A stretch of 64,000 nucleotides of DNA from Leptogorgia sarmentosa (GCA_964658305.1 OZ210885.1:22816001-22880000), one strand, 5' to 3'. Positions 49,680 to 62,329 are shown, counted from the first letter of the stretch. Program-made: numbers and translations. The notes: generated from the sequence alone by a model not told the origin.

Positions 49680-51140
49680 TGTGACATGTGTGGGTGAGGG
49701 CTCACTGACTAACGTGTAGGCGACTGTGATATGTGACTTGGCTCAGCTTCTTCTCTTTCCGTTCTCGTTAGACAATGAAGCAGGAGTTGCAGCGTGTGTG
49801 GTCCTCTGTGGAGGCGATCACGACAGCATCTGTCGAAAGTTTGGTCCAGAGATTGTTGGACTATTCTTCGCGGCCCTTGTCAAAACAAATTTCATGCATT
49901 GGCTATGATGGAGACGCTTCATAACACTGCTCATGATACATGCTATGCTCGCGTTGGAGCGAATCCTTCTGTTTGGAATACTTGGTAGCAGAATCATACT
50001 CAAATAATTCTTGGAGACGAGTATCAAGCGCCACACAGTCAACATGAAGCCCTGACGGTACACGGGGAGTAACTCAGATCCGGCACGTATATCCACATTG
50101 TTGACAGAAACGAAAATCAATATCATTGGCATGGCTGTATTCAGGGCATTTCACGGAGGGAACAAAAAATTTGGCTATCCGAGGTAAAATCTAAACATTC
50201 GACGAAAAGAAAACATAAGAGAAGAGAAAACAAACGGTATTAGCAAGACGAACATTTCTTTTGTTTTTTTTCAATAGAGAACACATAAAATGACCGAAAA
50301 TAACACCCAAGCGAGTTCTACTACACCGTCCTGTGTGCACTAAAACACAATTGCAAATGCCCACAAGTCACCAATTAGTCCCGAATGAGCAACCCACCCA
50401 TTCTTTGAAGGAACCAGGAGAGCATGGTAATCACCAGAAGAGGCTAACCTGTGGGACGAGCAGCCGAGAGACTGAAGCAAAGGCCACCAATACTTCCGAG
50501 GATAGATGTCCAACACGACAATGGTACACAATTGGCGATAGGACTCGAGAAAATGAAGCAAGGGACCCACTAACACCAACGGTGGAAAAACATATGGACG
50601 CTGCATAAGCCGACGGTGGGCCGTGAGGTCCTGCGCAAACACATTAACGCCAGCGGATTCAGGTGCCGGATAGGGCGTAAAATGGGGCAATGGATGGCCA
50701 GAGCAATCCGACATAGCATTCGAATCGAGGGCCATCATATCACAGGTATGACCGTCACCACCAAACTCTTTCTGAACCATTTGCCAAACGGAGTCCGTCA
50801 ATTTACTGTCCAGTGGAGACAATCGACGGGAAGGTAAATCAGCTGGGTTGTCACCAGTGGGAACATAGGAGAGATGAAGGGAAATGTTCAATTTCAAAGT
50901 GGTAAAACTAACTGCTTAATAGTACGATTAAGCGATGCACTCCTGCCACCCTGGTTATTCCAAGAGTGAATGACAGCCTGGTTATCTATCAATACATCAA
51001 CCCATGCATCCAACAGAACAGCGTGACAGGCTAGCAAGACTCGTTCGATTGCAACAGCCTCTTTTGTAACAATATCCCACGACACTTCTTGGCCAACCCA
51101 GTAATCCGACACCTCTTGGCCGACTGGTGACAGGACTGAA
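49680..51140 (-). mobile_element. DIRS-like (tyrosine-recombinase) retrotransposon fragment
   Basis: RNase H (KEAVAI, IDNQAV..QGGRS, YVPTGDNPADLPSR) followed by the DIRS methyltransferase-like domain (DMMA..N, VNVFAQD, YVFPP, WWPLL); CPE.SHAND..FRFCQQCGY start of the next ORF at ~50150. Confidence 0.75.
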
Positions 51141-51142
51141 CC

Positions 51143-52014
51143 TCAAAAGCAGCACTATATGGACGACTACTTTGGAAACTCGGGAATTCGACTAGACCCC
51201 ATCAAGATCGAGTATAATCCAGGTTTACGTGCTTTGGCAAAATTAATGTTGAATTCGTTTTGGGGTGAGTACCGTATGCTTTCAATGATATGTTTTCTCT
51301 GCATGGAACTTAACGGTTTTCCGTTTAGGTAAATTTGCACAACAACCCAACATGGTAAAAACCAAGCAGATTAGTGACCCCCAAGTGTTCTTCGATTATC
51401 TCACTTCAGACAAAATCAATGTACTTGATGCCGATTTGGTGAGCGACGACATTATTGAAATTCGGTACGAGTACACAGAGAATTTCATCAAACCCGATGC
51501 CAAAACCAACGTGGTCATTGCTGCTTTCACTACCGCCTATGCACGCTTCAAATTGTATGACGTGTTGGACATGTTGAAAGAGAGAGTGTTGTACTATGAT
51601 ACTGATTCGGTGATATTTGTCAGCAGGCCTGGCGAACCTGAACCTCCTTTGGGCAACCATCTGGGCGAATTAACCGATGAATTAGGAGGGGAACACATTA
51701 CCGTGTTCACATCGGGTGGTCCGAAAAATTATTGTTACCGCACTAATAGCAGAAAAGTTGAGACCAAAGTCTGTGGCATAACCTTGGATTGTACGGCGCG
51801 GCAAAAAGTAAACTTCGATGTGATTCGGGCATTGGTGTATTTGCACGCCAAATGTCAAGTGACGGGACGTGTATCGGTGGACATCCCGTTCAGAATTACA
51901 AGAAATACCCAAAATAAAGAAATTGAAACCAAACGCATGAAAAAAGACTATCGTATCGTTTATGATAAACGTGTAATTGTAAATAACTATAAAACATTAC
52001 CTTATGGATATTAA
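51143..52014 (+). pseudogene. Polinton/Maverick protein-primed DNA polymerase B, C-terminal part, with an intron at 51265-51328
   Basis: NPGLRALAKLMLNSFWG|KFAQ, IAAFTTAYAR, VLYYDTDSVIF, LGELTDEL, GGPKNY, YDKR, TLPYGY*. Confidence 0.9.
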
Positions 52015-52191
52015 ATAGCATTACAGTTGAAATAAATGTGATTATTAAAAGATGAATGTCCAGCTATTCTTCAAACATGTTTGCAGTGCAATTAGCACAT
52101 ATTACTCTATGTCTATTTCATCCAAAAACCTTCCCAAAATGTCGTACTCAGAAATATATCCCCACTGTATCCATCCCAAACCTTATCAATA

Positions 52192-52962
52192 CAGGGTGTA
52201 TCAAAAAAAAGTTTACTCGCGAAAAATGTCTTTTAGGCCGAAGCGCACGCACCCCATTGCAAACCATTGGTATATCTAAGTAGTTTGAGCCCTTCGGACA
52301 CATCCTACACTAAAAGTTTGCAGAAAACGACCATTTTACGACTACGAAAAGTGTTATAAAAAGCCGTAGTAAAAATGGCTTGCGCGAAAAAATGTGAGCC
52401 GGAAAATGCAATTTGATTTGACAGCCTAAATCTATCGAACAAGTTTCATAAGTTATTCAAGTTTTGAGAAATTTGGTGCACGCTGAGACGAACGTGCGAT
52501 GCCCGAAAACTGGATTTTCCGCAATTTCTTCGCGTAATTACGTACCTTTGGGAATTAGGTTGCAATTTGCATTGGTAATTAATGCAAATATCCAATTATG
52601 CATAAATTAATCGGTAATCACGCAGGAAAAAACGCAAAATCCAGTTTTTGGACATCGCACGTTCGTCTCAGCGTGCACCAAATTTCTCAAAACTTGAATA
52701 ACTTATGAAACTTGTTCGATAGATTTAGGCTGTCAAATCAAATTGCATTTTCCGGCTCACATTTTTTCGCGCAAGCCATTTTTACTACGGCTTTTTATAA
52801 CACTTTTCGTAGTCGTAAAATGGTCGTTTTCTGCAAACTTTTAGTGTAGGATGTATCCGAAGGGCTCAAACTACTTAGATATACCAATGGTTTGCAATGG
52901 GGTGCGTGCGCTTCGGCCTAAAAGACATATTTCACGAGTAAACTTTTTTTTGATACACCCTG
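52192..52962. mobile_element. Tc1/mariner-type foldback MITE with ~325 bp near-perfect TIRs
   Basis: TA|CAGGGTGTATCAAAAAAAAGTTTACTCG.. mirrored to ..TGATACACCCTG|TA. Confidence 0.93.
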
Positions 52963-52974
52963 TAGTGCTAAAAA

Positions 52975-53270
52975 CTGCTCATGAGCACATGGTCATCTGA
53001 TCATCCCATGAATTGCACTAGAAATTTAACCAGTCTTATGGCAAAATTAAACCATATTTTCTATCCTACTCTATTTATCGTATGAGCATATGAGCGTGTG
53101 CTCATGAGGGAATGAGCGATTGCGAGCATCGCTCACGGGTGCTCGGGACTGCTCATGAGCGATTGCGAGCATCGCTCACGGGTGCTCGGGACTGCTCATG
53201 AGCGATTGCGAGCATCGCTCACAGGTGCTGGGACTGCTCATGAGCACATGCTCATCTGCTCATCGCATGA
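52975..53270. repeat. GCTCATGAGC-rich repeats including ~43 bp tandem units
   Basis: ATGAGCGATTGCGAGCATCGCTCACGGGTGCTCGGGACTGCTC about three times; same motif recurs at 54680-54725. Confidence 0.8.
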
Positions 53271-54022
53271 ATTACACTCGCCAAACTGAACAGTTGTTGT
53301 TGACTTCCTCTTTCACATCGGAACCCCTGTCTTAAGTGGACACATTTCAGGTCGCGGCCATTCGCTTTCCTTAATCAATTATCGCAACCTCTGTTGCATG
53401 TGATCGGACATATATTTTAAACGGACACTTACGAGAGGTCACAATATCTGCGCTCAATAGAAGTTCGACTGCATGTATTAATGTCTAAGCCAAACTACCG
53501 TTGATATAAATTTTGCTGAAAATGTGCGCTTATAGAGGTTCTATACTGTATGATCAACGAGCATGAAATCTTGTGTGAATCTATGCATGATTCCGATGTC
53601 AAAGAGGAAGTCAACAATAATCATTCAGTTTGGCACAAGTTTGTTGACATTAATCCTCAAACCTCTCCTCTGCATGCGTGAAGGACTTTGGATTCAGTCT
53701 CCACCACCTAAATCCATATGCTATGTTAAAGAAACGGATGAGAAATTCCGATTCTACACATACAGACGTCAACTACAGAAAGGGATATCGACACTGTTTA
53801 GAAAACAAACTTCCATACCAACTTCCAAACAGCTTCGTTAAAACTATCATAAAAATGGTTTTATTAGAACAATGTTTCGTTTGAATCGTATTATAATCTA
53901 TGCAAAGTGGCTGTTATAAAGGATGGCTAGCGTAACGTTAAAGTCTTGGACATGCATCAAAGTAACATTTTAGAAATCGACTGACAAGCAATTGCGATAA
54001 TTGAGTTTCAAAATATTTTCAG

Positions 54023-54601
54023 TTATTCATCTTCATCATCATTTCTCCCTGTAAAACGATCGCCTTTTAAAATTCTTTTGATCAGAAATTTTCTCTTATT
54101 AACAGCTGCTTCCATAGCCTCTTCTGGATCAAATTCATCGTTCTTCTCAAAGGCATGCTTTGTTTGCAATATTTTTTTATGGACAGGATCGATCTTTGGT
54201 TGTTTCATCCACAAGAGGCGTTCCATATAAATACTTTCTAGTTCCCTTTGGAGCATGGGTAAAATACTGAAGTAAGCTTCCTCTGCAGCGGATTTTTCTT
54301 CCAGACCATTGTGTATCAAATTCATCTTCATATCTTCAAAAGCCGCCTCATGCTTTTGCATTGCTTCTTCTACCATTGGCATCCAAGGATTCTTTTCTTC
54401 TTCAGTTTCCGTCTCACTGTCTGTTGTCGCCTGACTTTCAGACGCACTAGTTGACGTTCTCGAAGCATCATCTTCGCAATCCATTGTCTGACTTTCTGTT
54501 TCTGACATTTCTCTATCTTTATCTTTTAGTGGGCAGTTTTTTTCGTGTCGACGTAGATTGAGATCACGATTAAATGTTCTCCCACAAAATTTGCAGCTCA
54601 T
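54023..54601 (-). CDS. C2H2 zinc-finger protein with acidic linker, probably a Polinton accessory gene
   Basis: MSCKFCGRTFNRDLNLRRHEKNC, acidic tract, helical C-terminus DPVHKKI..EAMEAAVNKRKFLI; lies between polB and a Polinton-like end. Confidence 0.55.
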   Translation of the reverse strand: MSCKFCGRTFNRDLNLRRHEKNCPLKDKDREMSETESQTMDCEDDASRTSTSASESQATTDSETETEEEKNPWMPMVEEAMQKHEAAFEDMKMNLIHNGLEEKSAAEEAYFSILPMLQRELESIYMERLLWMKQPKIDPVHKKILQTKHAFEKNDEFDPEEAMEAAVNKRKFLIKRILKGDRFTGRNDDEDE

Positions 54602-54909
54602 TCTGCTGACGATAGCTGTGTAGAAATGCGTTATTTTTGAGAAGCACAGCACTTTTACGAGCGTTTGAGCACTTTTACTGCTCATGCATATAACTGCTCA
54701 TGAGCGCAAGCTCATCAGCTCATCCAGCGTTTTCATTGTCAACGTGCACAGTGTCAACTGTCTTGCTGTCAATCGATTTAAAGCATGACATTTGCGCCAA
54801 GCTGAACGATTGTTGTTGACTGTCTCCTCTAACTATGCTCTTTGTCAAACATATTTAACCAATCAGAGACGGGCACAAATATCATGACGTAGGTGGTCGT
54901 GCGTACACC

Positions 54910-55054
54910 GATACTAATTACTCACTCCTGTATATTAATTACTTCTGGCGCGCATACTAATTACTTTTTCCGCTATATTCCTATTGCATATTAATTTTCC
55001 GCCATATTCCTAATGCATATTAATTTTCCGCCATATACGTGGTATAGTACTACT
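54910..55054. mobile_element. Probable Polinton terminus (..ACTACT, reverse of AGTAGT) with subterminal repeats
   Basis: Repeated TATTAATTTTCCGCCATAT / TAATTACT motifs ending GTACTACT, abutting the ~235 bp repeat. Confidence 0.5.
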
Positions 55055-55447
55055 CTCATCATTGATATTATATTTTTGGGTAGAAAAGGCTTTAACTAAT
55101 TCAAAAATGAAAAAACGTTTTGGCCATGGAAAAGTTCTGAATGAGTTTGAATTGATTGACACCGATCCACCAATCGAACTTGCATTTTTTTTTTCGCTTG
55201 GAAATATGTACTTCACGAATTAAATTTTCATTTTCTCACTGGAGAATGTACTTTTCATATACATTTTTCAAAAAGTTGCGCTTTAATTCTCGTCATTGAT
55301 ATTATATTTTTGGGTAGAAAAGGGTTTAACTAATTTAAAAATGAAAAAACTGTTTGGCCAGGGCCAAGTTTTGAACGAGCTCGAATTGATTGAAACCGAC
55401 CCACCAATTGAACTTGCATTTTTTTCGCTTGCAAATATGTACTTTTA
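55055..55447. repeat. ~1.7 tandem copies of the ~235 bp repeat unit
   Basis: CATTGATATTATATTTTTGGGTAGAAAAGG at ~55059 and ~55294; GACCCACCAAT.GAACTTGCATTTT twice. Confidence 0.85.
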
Positions 55448-55512
55448 TTGCTTCGAAGTCGCGGGCAGTTTGGAATTTCTTTACAAGTTCCGCGAAGCCG
55501 CTTGGAGAAAAC

Positions 55513-55664
55513 TGTTAGATTTATGTTTGTTTGTTGTATATATAATGTCAACTTACATTGCGAACTATGTTAATGGCGGGCACAACAAAACGTTCGACTA
55601 ACGTATCTATCACGTGTCCGTAATATATGCTAATTAATATAAACATTAATGCTACATGTTACCA
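55513..55664 (-). repeat. Copia 3' LTR
   Basis: Direct repeat of 59063-59214; about 7 substitutions counted by eye. Confidence 0.95.
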
Positions 55665-58600
55665 CCCCCACTCAGACTCAGCATTGCAAACGTCTATGAT
55701 GAGTCTGTTTTCTTTTGTCAGATTAGTTCCCTAATAATCCATGACGATGTTTCTCTACTTTAACACGAGGTAGCGATTTGGTTAATATGTCCGCTGTCAT
55801 ATCTTCCGTTGGGACATAGTGAATTGCTACTTCTCCGTTTTCGACTCTTTCTCTGATGAAATGTAACTTTGTATCGATGTGTTTCGATCTCTTGTGCATA
55901 ACTGGATTATGGCACATCTTTATACACGATTGGTTGTCTTCTCCAATTCAGGTTGCTTCTTTCATCGGATAACCGAGATCTTTCATTAATGCTCTGAGGT
56001 AAATTCCTTCTTGTACTGCTGCTGCCATTGCTTGATATTTGGCTTCGGATGATGACAGTCCAACTGTCACTTGTTTCTTGGCTTCCCAGCTTATTGCTGC
56101 ACCATTTCCTTCAAGTTTGAAGTAGTAACCAGTGGTGGACTTTCGATCATCTAAGTCGCCACTCCAGTCTGCGTCAGCATCACCGATTAACTTCATGCTG
56201 CAGTTCTTAGGGAATGTCAAACGTAGGCTGATTGTGCCTTTTAGATATCCTAGGACATGCTTGGCCGCTTTCCAGTGTGTTGTGTCAGGCTTTTCGAGAA
56301 ATCTTGATAATTGGTTGACTATGTTGAGAATGTCAGGTCTGGTTTGTTTTCCAATGTACAGAAGCGATCCGACTAGACTCTGGTAAAGCTTTGTATCAAC
56401 TAACTGATGTTCCCCGTTGTCCTTGACTAATTTGAGGTTGACTTCTCCAGGGGTTACTGCAGGCTTGCTATCGCTCATGTTGAGCTGCTTGGGGGCGTTT
56501 TCAATGTACTTCTCTTGATCTACAGTGATCTTGTCTTGGATCTCAGGATTCGCATTCCTAGGAACCAGTGTAATTCTCCACGATCATCCATCTTGAAATT
56601 CTTGTTTAGTAGCACTTTGATTGCATCGTAGGTTTCATTGCTCGCACTTGCGACTATGATGTCGTCTACCCATACGAGTACGTACGATTAGGTGCCGTCT
56701 GCTTCGTTTCTAGTGAACAGACAGTAATCATTTCGGCTTCGTTGGAATCCACTTTTGATGAGGAGATCTGCTAGTACCTCGTACCAATTCTTCGCTGCTT
56801 GCTTAAAGGCCGTAGATGGTCTTGTTTAACTTACAGACCAAAATCTCCTCGTTCTCTCTTCGTTTGGCAAAACCTTGTGGTTGCTCCAAATAAATTTCTT
56901 CTATTTTGGAGTGAAGGTAGGCTGATTTCACATCCAATTGACCAAGACATAGGTCCTTTTATGCTGCAATTGCTAGCAGAATTCGGAGAGTTTCCGGTAT
57001 GTGTCAAAGAAGTCTAGGCCTTAGATTTGGGCATAACCCTTTGCCACATATCTAGCTTTGTATCTGTCCACTTGACCATCAGCACCGTATTTGACTTTGT
57101 AAACCCATTTTCCTGGTAAAACATTTTTGTCCTTTGGTTTGTCGACAAATGTCCAAGTGTTGTTATTTTCTAGGGATTCGATCTCCGCTTGCATCGCTTG
57201 TTTCCAATATTTGGCTTTCGTTGACTGTATAGCTTCTTCATAGGTTCTCGGTTCTGTTGCGATTTCTTCTTGTTGCGTTACGTTGAAGGTATATGGATTT
57301 CCGTATCTTTCAGGTGGTCGTCTATTTCTATTCGCTCTTTCAAGTGGTTCCTCTTTAGATTGCTCTATCATGCAACTATCGTCGAGATCTAGGTTCGTAC
57401 TTCGAATATTCATCGATGAAGGTAACTGCATATTTTGATCCGTTTAAACTGGCTACTTCGAAGGGGCCAAGGATGTCTGAATAGACAAGTTCGAGGGCTT
57501 TCTTTGCCTTATTTAGAACTTTCTTTGGAACTGGCTGGCTTGTTTGTTTTCCCATTCCACAAGTTCCGCACGTATCCTTTATCTCACCTTCACAACCAAC
57601 TGTACGCCTTACGTCCGCTTTGTTGAGGTGTCCAAGTCGCTGATGCCATCAATTGATATCTCCCTTGATACTTTGCTTGGTTTCGTTGCAGGTAGGTAGG
57701 TTAACTTTGTTCAGGTAGGTAACGTCTAGGAAGTTTTGACCAGTGTTCTTTGTTAAATTAATTTCTCGACGGTCGCTTAGTACCATTCTGGCTCTGTTAT
57801 GGTTGAAGATAAATTGATGACCAAAGTTGACTGCTTTGTTGACTGAGAGAAGGTTGACTTTGTAATTTGGCACATATAACACAGAATTATTAGGATAAGT
57901 TCTGCAATTTTTCCATCCTTTAACTCCGTTATTGGCACATCACCAATTCCTTCCACCGCTGTGAAGTTTCCTTTGGGATCTCTAACACTCTTCTCATTAA
58001 CTGAATGTAGGTTTGTGAATATGTCCTTCTGGTTTCCAATATGGCCTGAGCAACCAGCGTCTACTATTAGCTGACTTGTCACTCCTTCGTTGTCGTTTCC
58101 TTCTTTCAATGGACTGAGGAAACATTCTGAATAAGATGACACTGCGTTCTTATCGTTTCTGTTAGGTTTTCCTACTTTCTCTGGATTTCTACAGGCTTTG
58201 GCTAAATGACCCCGCTTATTGCACTTCGAGCATGTCGCTGTGCTTCTCTTGTGGAATTGCTTTGCAAAATGTCCTGGGTTTCCACAGACATAACAAACCT
58301 TGGAATGACCTTGCGATTTCTTGCTTTCGCCACGTTTACTTCCAGTGTGCATAGCCACTGACGTGTCGATTTCCGGTTTTTTCTGTACGCGACTGTCCTC
58401 GTAGTTTTGCAGTCGGGTTTTCAGCTCAGTTAAAGTCGAAGCTGGGTTAAAACTTTCTTCAACAACAAAATGTTTGTATTTCTCAGGGAGGCTGTTATGA
58501 GCTGATGCATTGAACAAGGTTTCTGATATTTTCTCACCTGCGTCTGATAGCCGCGACATAAGTTCTTGGGCGCATATGAAATATTCATGTAATTTCTCTT

Positions 58601-59048
58601 CTTTTCCGAGCTGTAGTCGGGATATTTGTCTCACCAAACTGACTACGGTAGGCTTTTGTACGTTAGAGTAGCATTGCTGCAGTAAACGCCATGCTTTCGC
58701 TCCATCGCCAGTGCTGTCTTGTGATAAACAGTTGTCGAATATACATCAAGCTTGTTTTGTCTAGCGCCAACGCAATATGACACCAAACGCTGTTATTTCT
58801 CTCATTGATATCTTCGATTTCTTTGTTCCTTTGCTGTACTTGGGCTTGCCTTTGAGCTATAACTTCGTCTGAAGCATCTTCGGCTACAGGAGCGATTTCG
58901 TCTGGAATGGCTTCCTTTCCGAGTAAGGATTTGTACAGCCCTTTCGTTTGCATAAACGCCATAAATTTAGTGGACCACGCTGGATAATCCTCAGCTGTAC
59001 CAGTGAAACATAACCATTTTACCATAATACTGTCCATTCTTCAGTATT

Positions 59049-59062
59049 CTGGGCCCATAACC
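59049..59062 (-). promoter_or_regulatory. Copia PBS complementary to the anticodon arm of initiator tRNA-Met (half-tRNA primer)
   Basis: GGTTATGGGCCCAG directly after the 5' LTR; complement CTGGGCCCATAACC is internal to eukaryotic tRNAi-Met. Confidence 0.85.
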
Positions 59063-59214
59063 TGTTAGATTTATGTTTGTTTATTGTATATATAATGTCA
59101 ACTTACATTGCGAACTACGTTAATGGCGAACACAACAAAACGTTTGACTAACATATCTATCACGTGTCCGTAATATATGCTAATTAATATAAACATTAAT
59201 GCTACATGTTAACA
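59063..59214 (-). repeat. Copia 5' LTR
   Basis: TGTTAAC..CTAACA on the minus strand followed by PBS. Confidence 0.95.
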
Positions 59215-59788
59215 AAAACATTGCAAGCGACTGCAATAATGGCCGGTTTTTCTCAAAACGATTTTTCATTGAATTAATGACAGTGTCAACGCCAACATGG
59301 AACATTTCGCGTTTCCACTGAGCAAGAGGTGTCTCGTCTAGTTCATCTCCAACGATCTCACCATCCATTACTTTTCGACGTCTCACCCTTGGTTCTTTCC
59401 ATTCAACGGTTCCACAGTCATTGTAAGAAAGTCGAATTATTTCATCTGGATTGTTATGTAATCTTTGAAGCTGTGAGAGAGAGCCATCGATCATAGCCAA
59501 CGCTTTACCAAGTTCTACATTAACACTTTGTAGACCTGTAATAATGAAAATCTCACGAAAAAGAAAAGCTGTGGCAATAATTTGCTTTGTTTGGAATGAT
59601 GCAAGAATCCCCTCAGCAGTCAACCTCGTACCCAGGGTCTTGATCCTTACTCGCCGCAGAGGAGAGACCCTGGTCGGGGCTGGTCACGTGATTTCTCAAT
59701 ATTTCATTGCCTTAGGGGGTGTGGGTAAAGTATCATATTACATGCTTCCATTTCACTTCACTTGCTTTCTCTCAGGCGATATTGGCCA

Positions 59789-61511
59789 TGTTAGACTACA
59801 TCGCATTTCTGTCTTGCTTAGAATTTGCGGTCTTACAAAACGGTGTTTTACAAACAGTGTAAACCAAAACATTATATTAAAAGCAAAGCAAGTAATTTGT
59901 CTTGAGAACGTATATCTTGAAAATGATGTGATGTGTGTTCTGCCAACGGGTTACGGGAAGTCACTGATTTTTCATCTGTTGCCAATGTTGTTGTTCGCCA
60001 AGTATAAATTGCGCGGCGATTTACTTCTTTCATGGAGATCAAGAGGTATTTCTACAGCAGCAGTTGAGTCCATTATTATCGTTGTTTCGCCATTGAACTC
60101 TTTAATGAGTGACCAAGTATATCGCTTGAGTATGAGTGGCATCAGATCGGCCATAATCAACGTGAAGGAAGCAATAAGAGATCGAATGATATACGAGTCA
60201 GACAAGAATGTGGATTTTGAATCGAATGTCGAAATAGATTTCAGCCTTTGCGAAGAGAGAAAGCTGCACGATGGTCATTATCACATTGTTTTTGCTCATC
60301 CGGAAACCCTAATCTCTAGCAAATATGGACGCAATTTGCTGTTGAGCGAGAAATACCAAGAGAATGTTCTGGGTATTGTAATAGATGAAGCTCATTGCAT
60401 AGTGGAATGGTTAGTATTTTAAATACGTCTTTATTTACAGCGTTTCATTAAAGTTAGAGATACCATGTTCAAGAAAACTCCCTAAGAGAATATGAATAAA
60501 TGTTTGGGTGTATTTGTGATGGCTTGTATTCAGATTTGAGTATGAACTTATTTATACCAAATCTATCTTGTTTGTCTTATCCCATTTATTCAGTCACAGA
60601 GCACTCAGTGTTACCTATGCATCTTTAATATGGTATTTTAATTGGTGTTTCCTTTTAGGGGAAGTGACTTCAGACAGGACTACAGGAGGTTAGGTGTTCT
60701 GTGTGCCCTATTCCCAGATGTACCTGTTCTGGCAATGACTGCAACTGCTTCTCGTCTTGACATTCAGTGTATACAAGATTCCTTAGGATTAAAGAAGTGC
60801 AAGACCGTCATTGGAAATCCTGACAGGAAAAATATTCATTACAAAAAAGTATTTCAAACAAGTCATGATGTTGATGCCATGAAATCTATCCTTATGCCAA
60901 TTGCCAGTAGTCTCTTACAGCAAAAGATTGCATTCCCCCTCACCATAATATACATTCCATTACGTTTGTGTGGTTTTGCATATAAGCTGTTTGAGCACGT
61001 TCTTGGCATTGAGCAATATTTCCCCCCTGGTGCAACTTCAATTCCAGCAAATAGGCTGTTTGCACAGTTCCATTCTCCTCAAACAAGTCAGATGAAGGAA
61101 GAAATCCTGAAGCAGCTCTGTTCTGGAAAAAGCAAAGTTCGTGTGGTCTTTGCAACAGTAGCAATTGGGATGGGGGTGGATATACCAGACATTCGCCAAG
61201 TGATTCATGTTGGACCCCCTTGTACAGTGAAGGAGTACTTCCAAGAGACTGGACGTGCTGGCAGGGATGGGAAGTTATCATCTGCTATAATGTTCTACAA
61301 CAACAGAGACATTGCCAAGAACAGAGTGGGGATAAAGGATGATATGCGTAATTTCTGCTTGAGCAAGGATTTATGCTTACAAAAATTATTGTTAAAATCA
61401 CTGGATTATGAACAAAATACTGACCATAAACCATTACACTTATGTTGTGGTGTATGTGAAAGTCTTTGTAAGTGTTCAAGATGCTTAAATCTTCTGATGG
61501 AAAAACTGTAA
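59789..61511 (+). CDS. RecQ-like superfamily 2 helicase, two exons (intron 60410-60658); probable frameshift near the start
   Basis: LPTGYGKS, VSPLNSLMSDQ, DEAHCIVEW|GSDFR, AMTATA, ATVAIGMGVDIPDIRQVIH, QETGRAGRDG, CC..C zinc site; no winged-helix or HRDC domain. Confidence 0.88.
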
Positions 61512-62329
61512 GTTTACTTGTAACACAAATGCTATGTGAAATTTAATTGTCAGACATTGTCAATCCTATTGAGGCCTGTTTCTATTATATATATTATAGA
61601 AAAACAATCTCTGTGCATGCTTCAAAATGTCAACTTAAATTATTGTCAATTATTCTGACGAATGGCCCAATCTAAAATATTGAAAGTTTACACATTTATG
61701 TTAGACCACAGTTAGAAGTCTTCGTCTACTAAATGTGGTTAGACAGCAGACATTCATAAATATTGAATGCAGTAGCTTATGGTACAAAACATGTTACTGC
61801 ATCCAATTTTTATGCTTACCTTGAAATTAATATGTAAACCAGAAGTTTAATATAGTATTGTACATTTTTTATTTGTTACCCATAAATGACTGCAATATAT
61901 CAATGGCAATAGTATTATATTGAGTTGTCTGTAAATATTCATCAACTAAAAATCTTATATACACTGTGGATGAACACTATTTACGGTTTAGTCTTCACAT
62001 TTCTTAAATATATATCACTACTTTTTATCTATGCACCTGTTGATTTTTGTATTATAGCTTTGGATGCACAGCATGATAACTTTCAATTTGCAAGTAAATA
62101 CCCAATATTGTGCACTAGATTCTGATAAACGTTCAAAATAGCAAAATGACAGTTAATGACAGTTTCATTACATGAATTGTCAGACAATGAAAATTCATGT
62201 AATGCAACTATCAAAATGAAAGCTTGATTAGCATTTTGAACACTTTTTAATAAAAAAACCCCAGAACACCTTAATATATACATGTAGGAATAATTCCTTT
62301 CAAACTTTTGAATGATGTTCACTGACAGG

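Larger units (their letters stand above)
55513..59214 (-). mobile_element. Copia/Ty1 LTR retrotransposon, degenerate, integrase mostly deleted
   Basis: 152-bp LTRs, AAAAC TSD (55508-55512, 59215-59219), PPT GAGTGGGGG, gag CYVCGNPGH, protease IVDAGCS.H, WHQRLGH, YSDILGP..FIDEY, RT YKARYVAKGY and VWVDD, RNase H DADWSG..RKSTTGY, KHIDTKLHFIRE, ADILTK. Confidence 0.96.
55450..59620 (-). pseudogene. hAT transposase fragment split by the Copia element and cut by AcademH
   Basis: LQSVNV, RVRRRK..DGE, VDTVINSMKNRF; removing Copia gives in-frame LAMF|SPSGFAELVKKF. Confidence 0.65.

Noticed and set aside
53315..53548. Possible pogo/Tigger-like MITE ending ..GAGGTTCTATACTG|TA
   Set aside because: Left end too degenerate to confirm a TIR pair or TSD
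53563..53884. Short ORFs faintly resembling a LINE ORF2 C-terminus
   Set aside because: No diagnostic motif could be confirmed
59544..61511. Host RecQ/WRN/BLM gene
   Set aside because: Only the helicase core and zinc site are present, inside a transposon terminus and paired with an Academ-like transposase; the ORF-track start at 59544 lies in antisense hAT sequence
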